From contig JAKFDG010000067.1 in assembly GCA_036677285.1 (NCBI GenBank), forward strand, positions 1-52,030: 52,030 nucleotides of DNA, in the 5' to 3' direction. The stretch comes from Pseudoxanthomonas sp. (GTDB taxonomy: Bacteria > Pseudomonadota > Gammaproteobacteria > Xanthomonadales > Xanthomonadaceae). The notes below the pieces were generated by a model, which saw only the letters and a program-made list of their open reading frames with translations, did no database searches and was not told where the DNA came from. The translations under genes were made by a program, and so were the position numbers. Positions 1-8,766 of the stretch are shown here, piece by piece. Within the stretch, counting starts at the first letter, position 1. Each line of letters opens with the position of its first letter.

Positions 1-564
1 GAGGATCTTCGGGAACGGATGCGCCGGGTCCAGTCCCAGCGGCGACAGCACCGGCATGATCTCGTCGCGGAAATAGGCGCGCAGCCAGCGGGTCTGCCTG
101 GCGTTCCAGTGGTCGCGCGCCAGCACCCGCACCCCGGCCTCGCCCAGCGCCGGGCGCAGCACGTCGTTCCAGCAGCGGTACTGCGCCTGCACCAGCTCGG
201 CGGCGCGGTCGTGGATGCGCTTGAGCACGACCGCCGGGGGCAGTCCGTCCGGGCCCGGCGGCACGTCGAAATCCAGCGCGTGGCGCACGGTGGCGGCACG
301 GATCTCGAAGAACTCGTCGAGGTTGGTGCAGGAGATGCACAGGAAGCGGAGCCGTTCCAGCAATGGCACCGAAGGATCCTGCGCCTGCGCCAGCACCCGG
401 AAGTTGAAGTCCAGCTGCGACAGCTCGCGGTTGGCGTAGAGTGCCGGATCGCGCAGCGGATCGTCGGATTGCGGATCCGGCGGCAATCCCGGCGCAAGCG
501 CCGGCATCGGCGCGGCGCGGCGGCCGGGATGCTTTTTCGACGATGGGCCGGAGGATTTGCTCAC
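1..564 (-). CDS. ppk1: Polyphosphate kinase 1, 5' part (runs off the window)
   Basis: Minus-strand translation gives LYANRELSQLDFNFRVL ... YFRDEIMPVLSPLGLDPAHPFPKIL; GTG start overlaps the phoR stop; phoB-phoR-ppk1 gene order. Confidence 0.93.
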   Translation of the reverse strand, partial: MSKSSGPSSKKHPGRRAAPMPALAPGLPPDPQSDDPLRDPALYANRELSQLDFNFRVLAQAQDPSVPLLERLRFLCISCTNLDEFFEIRAATVRHALDFDVPPGPDGLPPAVVLKRIHDRAAELVQAQYRCWNDVLRPALGEAGVRVLARDHWNARQTRWLRAYFRDEIMPVLSPLGLDPAHPFPKIL

Positions 565-1889
565 GCGATGCTCCAGGCATCCTGCGGCTGGCGCGGGCGC
601 ACGCGCCCGGCGCCGAAATGGCAGGAGAAGGTGCTGCCGCGCCCGACTTCGCTTTCGACTCCCAGCCAGGCCTGGTGCAGGCCCAGCACGTGCTTGACGA
701 TGGCCAGGCCCAGGCCGGTGCCGCCGCTTTCGCGCGAACGGCTGGTGGACACGCGATAGAAGCGCTCGGTGATCCGCGGCAGGTGCGCAGCGGGGATGCC
801 GTAGCCGCTGTCGCGCACCGACAGCACCGCCCCGCCGTCGGCGCCGCGGGTGAATGCGATCGCGATCTCGCCGCCGGCCGGGGTGTAACGCACCGCGTTG
901 CCGACCAGGTTGGAGAACGCGCTGTGCAGTTCCTTGGTCGAGCCCCAGAGGTCGACGCCGGCGGAATCCTCGACGCTGATCGTGTGCCGGTGCTGGCCCA
1001 GGGCTTCGGCCTCGCGCCTGAGCGTGGCGAGCATCGGCGCCATCGACACGTCCTCGTCGGCGAGCGCGTCCTGCGCTTCCAGCCGCGACAGCGTCAGCAG
1101 GTCCTCGACCAGCTGCGTCATGCGCTGCGACTGGCGCTGCATTTCCGCCAGCATCGGCGCCCATTCCGGGTGCTCGGCCGGATCGAGCATTTCCAGGTAG
1201 CCGTGCACCACGGTCAGCGGCGTGCGCAGTTCGTGCGACACATTGGCGACGAAGTCGCGGCGCATCTGTTCCAGTCGCATCAGGCGGCTGACGTCGCGCG
1301 CGACCAGCAGCCACAGGTCCTCGGAGTAGGGGATCAGGCGAAGGCTCAGGCGCAGCTCCGGATCGACCGGCGAGGCGGCATCGGCCAGGGGTTCGGCATT
1401 GCGACCGGCGGCGAGCCATTGCGCGATCGGCAGCGGCTGCAACCGCGCGCCGAGCGGGGCGTCCACGTCGCGCGGATACTGCAGGCCGAGCAGCTTGTTC
1501 GCCGCCGCGTTGAACCACGCGATGCGCTGGGTGTTGCGTTCGACCACCACGACCGCATCGGGCAGCGCGTCGGCGACCGCGCGGTAGGCGCGCAGCATCC
1601 CGATCAGGCGTCGCTTGTGGCTGCGCATGTCCTGTTGGCCGCGATGCAGCAGGCGGTCGAGTTCGCTCCAGACGCCGTTGCCCGGCGATGGCTCGAAACG
1701 TTGCCGCGCCGTCAGCCGCAGCAGCACGCCGCGCAGCTTCCAGTAATGCCACGCGACCACGCCGAGCGCGGCCAGCGCCAGCAACAGCCCGGCGTGCCCC
1801 AGCAACAAACCCAGTGCCAGCGCGAGCGCCAGCACCAGCGCCAGCTGGCCGAGCGTGGTGAACCATGCGGTGCGGGCGCGGGTTGGCAT
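561..1889 (-). CDS. phoR: Phosphate regulon sensor histidine kinase PhoR
   Basis: H-box FVANVSHELRTPLT, N-box NLVGNAVRY, G-box GGTGLGLAIVKH; lies downstream of phoB. Confidence 0.96.
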   Translation of the reverse strand: MPTRARTAWFTTLGQLALVLALALALGLLLGHAGLLLALAALGVVAWHYWKLRGVLLRLTARQRFEPSPGNGVWSELDRLLHRGQQDMRSHKRRLIGMLRAYRAVADALPDAVVVVERNTQRIAWFNAAANKLLGLQYPRDVDAPLGARLQPLPIAQWLAAGRNAEPLADAASPVDPELRLSLRLIPYSEDLWLLVARDVSRLMRLEQMRRDFVANVSHELRTPLTVVHGYLEMLDPAEHPEWAPMLAEMQRQSQRMTQLVEDLLTLSRLEAQDALADEDVSMAPMLATLRREAEALGQHRHTISVEDSAGVDLWGSTKELHSAFSNLVGNAVRYTPAGGEIAIAFTRGADGGAVLSVRDSGYGIPAAHLPRITERFYRVSTSRSRESGGTGLGLAIVKHVLGLHQAWLGVESEVGRGSTFSCHFGAGRVRPRQPQDAWSIA

Positions 1890-1945
1890 GGGGCTAGTCT
1901 AGGCAATCGCGGCGGCGGCGGGCTGCACGCCGCGCGGACGGTGGC

Positions 1946-2647
1946 TCAGGCCGCGGCCGAGAAGCGATAACCGGCGCCGCGCACGGTCTGCACCATCGCG
2001 TCCAGCCGGCTGGGTTCCAGGGTCTTGCGCAGGCGGCGGATATGCACGTCGACGGTGCGTTCCTCGACATAGACGCTGCCGCCCCAGACGTGGTCGAGCA
2101 GTTGCGAGCGGGAGTAGACGCGCTCGGGGTGGGTCATGAAGAAATGCAGCAGTCGGTATTCGGTCGGGCCGATCGGCACGGGTTCGTCGTGGCCGTCGAG
2201 GCGCGCGTACACGCGATGCGCGGCGCCATCGATGCGCAATGCGCCGACCGCGATGCTGCCGTCCTCGTCGTCCTCCCGGGCGCGGCGCATGACCGCGCGG
2301 ATCCGCGCCAGCAGTTCGCGCGCGGAGAACGGCTTGACCACGTAGTCGTCGACCCCGGCCTCGAGCCCGCCGACGCGGTCGTTCTCCTCGCCGCGCGCGG
2401 TCAGCATGATGATCGGGACCTCGCGGGTGAGGGCGTCCTTGCGCCAGCGGCGCGCCAGTTCCAGGCCGCTGGTGCCGGGCAGCATCCAGTCGAGCAGGAT
2501 CAGGTCCGGGACGCGGTCGGCGATCGCCGCCTGCGCCTCGCGGGCATCGCCGGCGTGGGCCGGTTCGTAGTCGCCCTTGCGCAGCGCGAACGCGACCATG
2601 TCGCGGATCGCGGGTTCGTCGTCGACGATCAGGATGCGCTTTTGCAC
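1946..2647 (-). CDS. phoB: Phosphate regulon response regulator PhoB
   Basis: Receiver domain (LILLDWMLPG) and OmpR-type wHTH (EERTVDVHIRRLRK). Confidence 0.97.
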   Translation of the reverse strand: MQKRILIVDDEPAIRDMVAFALRKGDYEPAHAGDAREAQAAIADRVPDLILLDWMLPGTSGLELARRWRKDALTREVPIIMLTARGEENDRVGGLEAGVDDYVVKPFSARELLARIRAVMRRAREDDEDGSIAVGALRIDGAAHRVYARLDGHDEPVPIGPTEYRLLHFFMTHPERVYSRSQLLDHVWGGSVYVEERTVDVHIRRLRKTLEPSRLDAMVQTVRGAGYRFSAAA

Positions 2648-2684
2648 GTCGGCTCGGGTCCGTGGTGGGGTGCCGCGCCAGTAG

Positions 2685-2713
2685 ACTACGGTTTCATGAC
2701 GGATCGGTGACGG
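2685..2713 (-). promoter_or_regulatory. Pho box upstream of phoB (autoregulation)
   Basis: Minus strand CCGTCAC-N4-CCGTCAT-N4-CCGTAGT, 11-bp periodicity, matches the CTGTCAT-N4-CTGTCAY consensus. Confidence 0.7.
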
Positions 2714-2734
2714 TGCGCCGGCGCCGTCCGGGGG

Positions 2735-4327
2735 TCACCTGCGGTCGAGATCCTCGTCGTGGATGCCCTGGCGGCGCAGTTCCAGCACGGTCGGGGTGAT
2801 CGCGGCGATCCGGGCGTCGATGCGGGCCCGGGCGTAATAGTCGATGTCGTCGCGCTTTTTCAGGATGTTGAGCTGTACCAGCGCCTGTTCCGGGCGGCCG
2901 TTGAGATAGGCGGCCTCGGCATAGGCTTCGCCGGCGCGGACCGGGTCGCCGGCGATTTCGCTGGCGCGGGCGAAGGTCTGCTGGAACACCGGGTCGTCGG
3001 CGGCGCTGCCCAGCAGCGGTCGCAGCAGTGCCTGCGCGCGCTTGCCCGCGGCCGGGGTATTGCGCTCGGCGAGGATGCCGGCATGGGTCAACGCGACCGC
3101 GCGGTTGTTGGGCATCCGCGCCGACAGGGCGTCCAGGCGGGCATCGGCCGCGGCGGTCTTGCCCGAGCGCGCCTCGGCCTGGGCCAGCGCCAGGCTCAGC
3201 CAGATGTCGCCGGGATGCGCGGCCAGCAGCGGTTCCAGTTCGGCGGCGGCAACGGCCGGATGGCCGTCGAGGTAATGGGCCAGCGCCAGCCCGTACCGCT
3301 GCGCATCGTCCAGCGTCCCGGCTCGGCCGATGCGGTCGTATTCGCGCACCGCGGCCGCGGGGGTATCGGCGCTGAGCACGCGCATGCGCTCGTGCGCCCA
3401 GGGGAACTGGCCGCTGGCGCCGCCGGCGCCCGCGCTGGCGGCGATCCGCAGCGAGGCCGGCAGCAAGGGATTGTCGCTGGCGCCGGCGCTGGGCACGAAT
3501 GGCCGTAGCTCCCCGGCCATCTGCCGGGCCCGGTCGCGTGCCTCGCTGATGCGGGTGGTGGTCACCGGGTGGGTCTGCAGGTAGCCGGGCGTGCCCTCGC
3601 GGCTGTCGCTGATGTTGCTGCGCACTACCGATTGCAACTGCTCGAAGAAACCGGCCATCGCCGTGGGATCGTAGCCGGCGCGGGCGAGGGTGCGGATGCC
3701 GATGCGGTCGGCTTCGGACTCGTTGCCGCGGGTGTAATCGATCTGCCGCTGCGCCATCAGCCCCTGCGCCGACATCACCGCGGCCATCATCGCGTCGTCG
3801 CTGGAATTGCCGCCACTGCTTTGCGCCACGGCGATCGCGCCCAGCATCGCCAGCAGGATCGGGATGCTGTCGCGTTGCGCGCGTTCCACCGCGCGCAGCA
3901 CGTGCGACTGGGTGACGTGGGCGATTTCGTGCGACATCACCGCCGCGACTTCGTCCTCGCTGTCGGCGGCGAGCACCAGCCCGGCGTTGACCGCGATGTA
4001 GCCGCCCAGGGTGGCGAAGGCGTTGATGTCGCTTTGCCGCAGGAGGAAGAAGGTGAAGGGCTGCTTCGGCTGGTCGCTGGCCGCGCCGAGGCGCTCGCCG
4101 ATGGATTGCAGCCAGCCGCCCAGCAACGGGTCGTCGAGGGTGTAGCCGTAGTTGCGCAACTGGCTCAGCGTCATCGCCCCGTACTGCTCCTGCTGCGCCG
4201 GCGACAGCACGCTGCCGGCCGAGGAGCCGATGTCGGGCAGCCGATTGTCCTGTGCCGTGCCCGCGGCGGGCAGCAGCACGCCGGCGATGGCGAGCGTCAG
4301 GAGGGCGGCGGCGTAGGCGGGGCGCAT
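2735..4327 (-). CDS. bepA: M48 family periplasmic metalloprotease with TPR repeats (BepA/YfgC-like)
   Basis: Signal peptide, INAFA motif, HEIAH zinc motif, ESEADRIG, YLQTHP. Confidence 0.88.
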   Translation of the reverse strand: MRPAYAAALLTLAIAGVLLPAAGTAQDNRLPDIGSSAGSVLSPAQQEQYGAMTLSQLRNYGYTLDDPLLGGWLQSIGERLGAASDQPKQPFTFFLLRQSDINAFATLGGYIAVNAGLVLAADSEDEVAAVMSHEIAHVTQSHVLRAVERAQRDSIPILLAMLGAIAVAQSSGGNSSDDAMMAAVMSAQGLMAQRQIDYTRGNESEADRIGIRTLARAGYDPTAMAGFFEQLQSVVRSNISDSREGTPGYLQTHPVTTTRISEARDRARQMAGELRPFVPSAGASDNPLLPASLRIAASAGAGGASGQFPWAHERMRVLSADTPAAAVREYDRIGRAGTLDDAQRYGLALAHYLDGHPAVAAAELEPLLAAHPGDIWLSLALAQAEARSGKTAAADARLDALSARMPNNRAVALTHAGILAERNTPAAGKRAQALLRPLLGSAADDPVFQQTFARASEIAGDPVRAGEAYAEAAYLNGRPEQALVQLNILKKRDDIDYYARARIDARIAAITPTVLELRRQGIHDEDLDRR

Positions 4328-4541
4328 GGGGACTCGGCAGGGAGAGACGGCAAGGGAGGCTTGAGGATGCCCGGCACGGCGTGGACAGGCGTGAACCCGC
4401 CGTTAATCCGCGACCGCGGCATGTCGCCGGCCGGCGACTGGAAAAGCACCGCGGCCATGCCCATATTGGACCACTGCGCTTCCCGCAAGTTTCAGGAGAA
4501 TCCACTTGAGCGAGCAGTCCAGCCCCGGCGGCCCCGCCTGC

Positions 4542-4805
4542 ATGCCGAAAATCACCCTCTATACCTCGGCGATGTGCGGTTACTGCGTGGCCGCCAAGAA
4601 TTTCCTCAAGAGCAGGGGCCTGGCCTGGGACGAGGTACGCATCGACCTGGAGCCGGCCGAGCGCGAACGCATGGTCGCCCGCGCCCGGCGCACCAGCGTG
4701 CCGCAGATCTTCGTCGGCGACACCCACGTGGGCGGTTACGACGACCTGATGGCGCTGCATCGCGCCGGAAAACTCGAGCCGCTGCTTGCGGGAGAGGTGG
4801 CATGA
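4542..4805 (+). CDS. grxC: Glutaredoxin 3
   Basis: CGYC active site, TSVPQIF, GGYDDL. Confidence 0.92.
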   Translation: MPKITLYTSAMCGYCVAAKNFLKSRGLAWDEVRIDLEPAERERMVARARRTSVPQIFVGDTHVGGYDDLMALHRAGKLEPLLAGEVA

Positions 4806-5194
4806 GCCCGGCGGCGGGAGACGATCGCATCGCCCAGTTCACGGAATTCCGGCAGCGCATGAACGAACGCATCCTGGCCGAACCCAACCAGGTGATGCGG
4901 CGCTTCTTCGCGCTGGACACCCAGACCTACCAGGCCGGCGCCCTGGATGTGAAGACCAAGGAGTTGCTGGGCCTGGTCGCCTCGCTGGTACTGCGCTGCG
5001 ACGACTGCATCAGCTACCACGTGGCCAAGTGCACGGAAGCAGGCGTGGACCGGGACGAGATGTTCGAGGCGTTCTCGGTCGGGCTGGTGGTGGGCGGTTC
5101 GATCGTGATCCCGCACCTGCGCCGGGCGGTCGATTTCCTGGACACGCTCGAAAGTGGCGCGGCCGGGCCCGCCGCCGCGCACCCCCACGACTGA
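4802..5194 (+). CDS. Carboxymuconolactone decarboxylase / AhpD family protein
   Basis: GALDVKTKELLGLVASLVLRCDDCISYH; ATG overlaps the grxC stop. Confidence 0.88.
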   Translation: MSPAAGDDRIAQFTEFRQRMNERILAEPNQVMRRFFALDTQTYQAGALDVKTKELLGLVASLVLRCDDCISYHVAKCTEAGVDRDEMFEAFSVGLVVGGSIVIPHLRRAVDFLDTLESGAAGPAAAHPHD

Positions 5195-5330
5195 GACCGC
5201 GCGGACGGCGCTGCTTCCGCGCGCCAGGGCGCCCGGGCCGTGCAGTGGCGCCCGCGGCGCGGCATAATTCCAAGGCTCACACACGGCGCCGTACGGGTTT
5301 CCCGCGGCCCCCATCAGTCGGAACCCCCCA

Positions 5331-6344
<1,014 letters not shown>

Positions 6345-6384
6345 ACCGGCCGGCCGCGCCGCCGGGACGAAGCCGCGTGCCGCG

Positions 6385-6413
6385 TTGACACGCTGCAGTG
6401 CGCTCCCGACAAT
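6385..6413 (+). promoter_or_regulatory. Sigma70 promoter of the tRNA cluster
   Basis: TTGACA-N17-GACAAT followed by a GC-rich discriminator, upstream of tRNA-Pro. Confidence 0.7.
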
Positions 6414-6478
6414 AGCCGGCCTTTCGTTGCGTTGGCGCGCCACGGGAGTCCCGGGCAGGACCTGATGTTCCGAATCGG

Positions 6479-6555
6479 CGGGGTATAGCGCAGTCTGGTA
6501 GCGCGCCTGCTTTGGGAGCAGGATGTCGGGGGTTCGAATCCCTCTACCCCGACCA
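6479..6555 (+). tRNA. tRNA-Pro(UGG)
   Basis: Cloverleaf with acceptor CGGGGTA/TACCCCG, anticodon TGG, GGTTCGAATCC, CCA end. Confidence 0.97.
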
Positions 6556-6607
6556 CCGACCGCCGGCAGTCCGCCGCCGGAGGCATCGATGCGACAATCC
6601 GGCCCGG

Positions 6608-6684
6608 GCGCCCGTAGCTCAACCGGATAGAGCACCGGCCTTCTAAGCCGGCGGTTGCAGGTTCGATTCCTGCCGGGCGCGCCA
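6608..6684 (+). tRNA. tRNA-Arg(UCU), prophage integration target
   Basis: Acceptor GCGCCCG/CGGGCGC, anticodon stem CCGGC-CTTCTAA-GCCGG, CCA end. Confidence 0.97.
6638..6684 (+). repeat. attL core (3' half of tRNA-Arg)
   Basis: GCCTTCTAAGCCGGCGGTTGCAGGTTCGATTCCTGCCGGGCGCGCCA, identical to 49449-49495. Confidence 0.97.
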
Positions 6685-6688
6685 TTTA

Positions 6689-6701
6689 AATCAACAGCTT
6701 G
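6689..6701 (+). promoter_or_regulatory. IHF binding site next to attL
   Basis: AATCAACAGCTTG matches the WATCAANNNNTTR consensus exactly. Confidence 0.75.
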
Positions 6702-6713
6702 CGAGATTGCGCC

Positions 6714-6930
6714 TGTGGATAACCGGGCGACTCCTGAAAACTCTCCTGAAAAAGTCCACAACGAACTCGTGGTTTCACGGTTGTTGGTTGACCGATTCGC
6801 CACCAGGTTTCGTTTGTCCCTATTGACCGAATCCACTTTAATCTTAACGAATACTGAACAATTTGCTTAAGACGTGGATAAATGGTCCGTGTAGACCACT
6901 CAAAGGTTAGGGAATAGGTAGTTATCCACA
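6714..6930. promoter_or_regulatory. Cluster of DnaA boxes
   Basis: TGTGGATAA (6714-6722) and TTATCCACA (6922-6930) are perfect; CGTGGATAA (6873-6881) has one mismatch; AT-rich stretch at about 6836-6870. Confidence 0.65.
6731..6752 (+). repeat. Tandem putative integrase arm-type sites (CTCCTGAAAA x2)
   Basis: CTCCTGAAAA-CT-CTCCTGAAAA; the same motif recurs at 7955, 49345, 49398 and 49422, near the att sites. Confidence 0.75.
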
Positions 6931-6965
6931 GCAGGTTTCACAGGACCTGTTGTACTGTTCCACGT

Positions 6966-7057
6966 GCGAGGGGACGCCGAGTTGCCGAAAGGCAGGTCAG
7001 ACGACCCCTTTGTTACGGGTTGCGGTTCACTGCGCCCGCACGCCTATGAGAGTAGGC
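6966..7057 (+). ncRNA. Putative structured RNA or 5' leader with three hairpins
   Basis: GAGGGG/CCCCTT stem enclosing TTGCC-GAAA-GGCAG; CGGG-T-TGCGG-TTCA-CTGCG-CCCG; GCCTAT-GAGA-GTAGGC; two GNRA tetraloops. Confidence 0.45.
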
Positions 7058-7079
7058 ATAGAGAAGCGAAGAGGAAGAA

Positions 7080-7280
7080 ATGGAGACGCAAATGACCACA
7101 CAACTGCAAATTGCTAAAGACAAGCTCTTTGGCGAGAGCGGTCTGCGCGCGTCTAACTTTAAGATGTTCCCAGGCAATGACCGCAATGCAACGCCTGCAC
7201 AGATAGCTGAAGAGTTGGCTGCCTCGATCGATCGCATTTCGAAAGGTGATTTCGAAGTCATTGAAGACGGCTGCGTTTAA
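7080..7280 (+). CDS. Small hypothetical protein (62-66 aa), prophage cargo
   Basis: Clean ORF in low-GC DNA with purine-rich RBS; alternative ATG at 7092; ends 5 bp before the next gene. Confidence 0.75.
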   Translation: METQMTTQLQIAKDKLFGESGLRASNFKMFPGNDRNATPAQIAEELAASIDRISKGDFEVIEDGCV

Positions 7281-7285
7281 GACGC

Positions 7286-7876
7286 ATGTGTTTCGGGGAC
7301 CTTTACGACTATATTCAGACGTTAGAGGTCCCGATCAGTCGGACCGACGTTCGAGCCAAGATCCGCGACTTGCTCCCGACGAAGCCTTTCCGGCTGCTAG
7401 TTTCCGGGCTAAACGTTGACATGATGCTTGGCTATTACGTGTCTGCACGTAATACCGAGCATCCATTTGTCAAACAAGCCGGCACCGCGGTGATCGTAAT
7501 TGCTCGGGAGAATAACGAGCGCTGGCGTCGTATCGTCGAATTTAAGGAACTCATGCATTTGTTCGATGACCCATGGGAGTCAACGAATAATGCTGACGAA
7601 CTTGAGTCGCTTTTGATCGGCATGTGCGAGAACGTAGAAACACACCGCACAGAACAGATGCAGTCAGAAATTGAATGCCTCTGGATGGCATTTGCTATCT
7701 GCTGCCCGGAGGAAAAGCGGGTTGAGCTTCAGCAGCGTCGCAGCGACGAAGAGATCCTAGACTCAGGCATCGCAGAGCTACTGCGGATTCCGGAACGCTG
7801 GGTGCCGTTTCTTTTCGTGCCTGAATATAAAGACAACATCGGGGCGCTCATTCGAAAAAGCCGCCAAGCTAGATAA
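7286..7876 (+). CDS. ImmA/IrrE-like metallopeptidase-fold protein with variant KELMH motif
   Basis: AVIVIAR...RWRRIVEFKELMHLF...SEIECLWMAFAICCP follows the IrrE/ImmA pattern R.RF..HEL.H ... E..A..FA..LL.P. Confidence 0.65.
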   Translation: MCFGDLYDYIQTLEVPISRTDVRAKIRDLLPTKPFRLLVSGLNVDMMLGYYVSARNTEHPFVKQAGTAVIVIARENNERWRRIVEFKELMHLFDDPWESTNNADELESLLIGMCENVETHRTEQMQSEIECLWMAFAICCPEEKRVELQQRRSDEEILDSGIAELLRIPERWVPFLFVPEYKDNIGALIRKSRQAR

Positions 7877-7954
7877 AAGGATGGCGTTCCTCGGGCGGTA
7901 CGCGATATCGAAGCCGCTCTGGGACCTTATGGTCCCCACTGGGGAATCAGGAAC

Positions 7955-7976
7955 CTCCTGAAAACTATCCTGGAAG
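7955..7976 (+). repeat. Second, degenerate copy of the tandem arm-type sites
   Basis: CTCCTGAAAACTATCCTGGAAG versus CTCCTGAAAACTCTCCTGAAAA at 6731 (19/22 identical). Confidence 0.7.
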
Positions 7977-7977
7977 A

Positions 7978-8766
7978 TCAGTCGAGGCCAGCGTTTGGGG
8001 CGGCTCTGGACAGGCGAGGCTCGCGCTCAAAAAGGCACGTGCCGTACAGGACAATCGCAGTCATCAGGCCATAAAAGAGCCCGTCCGCCGACGGGTCAGC
8101 CCAGTACCCGTGGGATACCTGGTGTCGCATATAGCCGATACGATCGCCAAGGGTATTCAGGGTTCTGTCGTAAGTGGAGGTCGGACCGAGCTCGGCGTCC
8201 AACCGGGACAACGTTTTTATTGCCAAGCTGGTTTGGTCGCACATGGCGAGAGCGTAAGCGGCCTCGATCGAACTGATCCGGTCCCGCGAAATCTTCTTCT
8301 CTAGCGTTAACTCAGCCTCTCGCTTCATTTGGGCGTTGACGAACGCTCCTCCGGCGTCGATGTGCGGAGCTAGCATTCGAAAGAAGAACTCAAGCTGGTG
8401 CAGCAGGAACGTGGCTGCTAAGACGCCAGGTGGCTCAAGGAAACCTGCACTGCACGTATCCAAAGCGTAGGCAATGTGTTTCAAGCGCCTTCCAGCGTTT
8501 CCGCGTTCAGATGGCCAGTGCGAAATATCAGCGGCGACCATGCGAAGGTAGAGTGTGGAGTCCCCATTGGTGGCGACACTTCCGACCCGAGGTGTGCATT
8601 GCGTGATCAGTTCAGCCGCAAGATAGACTCGGGCATCTTCTGCTAAGTCGGTGAATTGCAGCCTCGAAAATAGGCTCGTGTAGCGCGCCACGACGCCTGG
8701 CTGAGTCATGCCGAAATCGTAGCGATACTCATTTAAGTGGGTCGCGAGCTGCTTTGCATCAATCAT
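7978..8766 (-). CDS. Hypothetical protein with HEPN-like RxxxxH motif (candidate RNase or defence effector)
   Basis: LHQLEFFFR ... YMRHQVSHG; low GC; start overlaps the integrase stop by 8 bp. Confidence 0.6.
   Translation of the reverse strand: MIDAKQLATHLNEYRYDFGMTQPGVVARYTSLFSRLQFTDLAEDARVYLAAELITQCTPRVGSVATNGDSTLYLRMVAADISHWPSERGNAGRRLKHIAYALDTCSAGFLEPPGVLAATFLLHQLEFFFRMLAPHIDAGGAFVNAQMKREAELTLEKKISRDRISSIEAAYALAMCDQTSLAIKTLSRLDAELGPTSTYDRTLNTLGDRIGYMRHQVSHGYWADPSADGLFYGLMTAIVLYGTCLFEREPRLSRAAPNAGLD

Noticed and set aside
4491-4500. Reverse-complement match to the arm-type motif (TTCAGGAGAA)
   Set aside because: Single copy outside the prophage; better explained as a Shine-Dalgarno-like sequence upstream of grxC.
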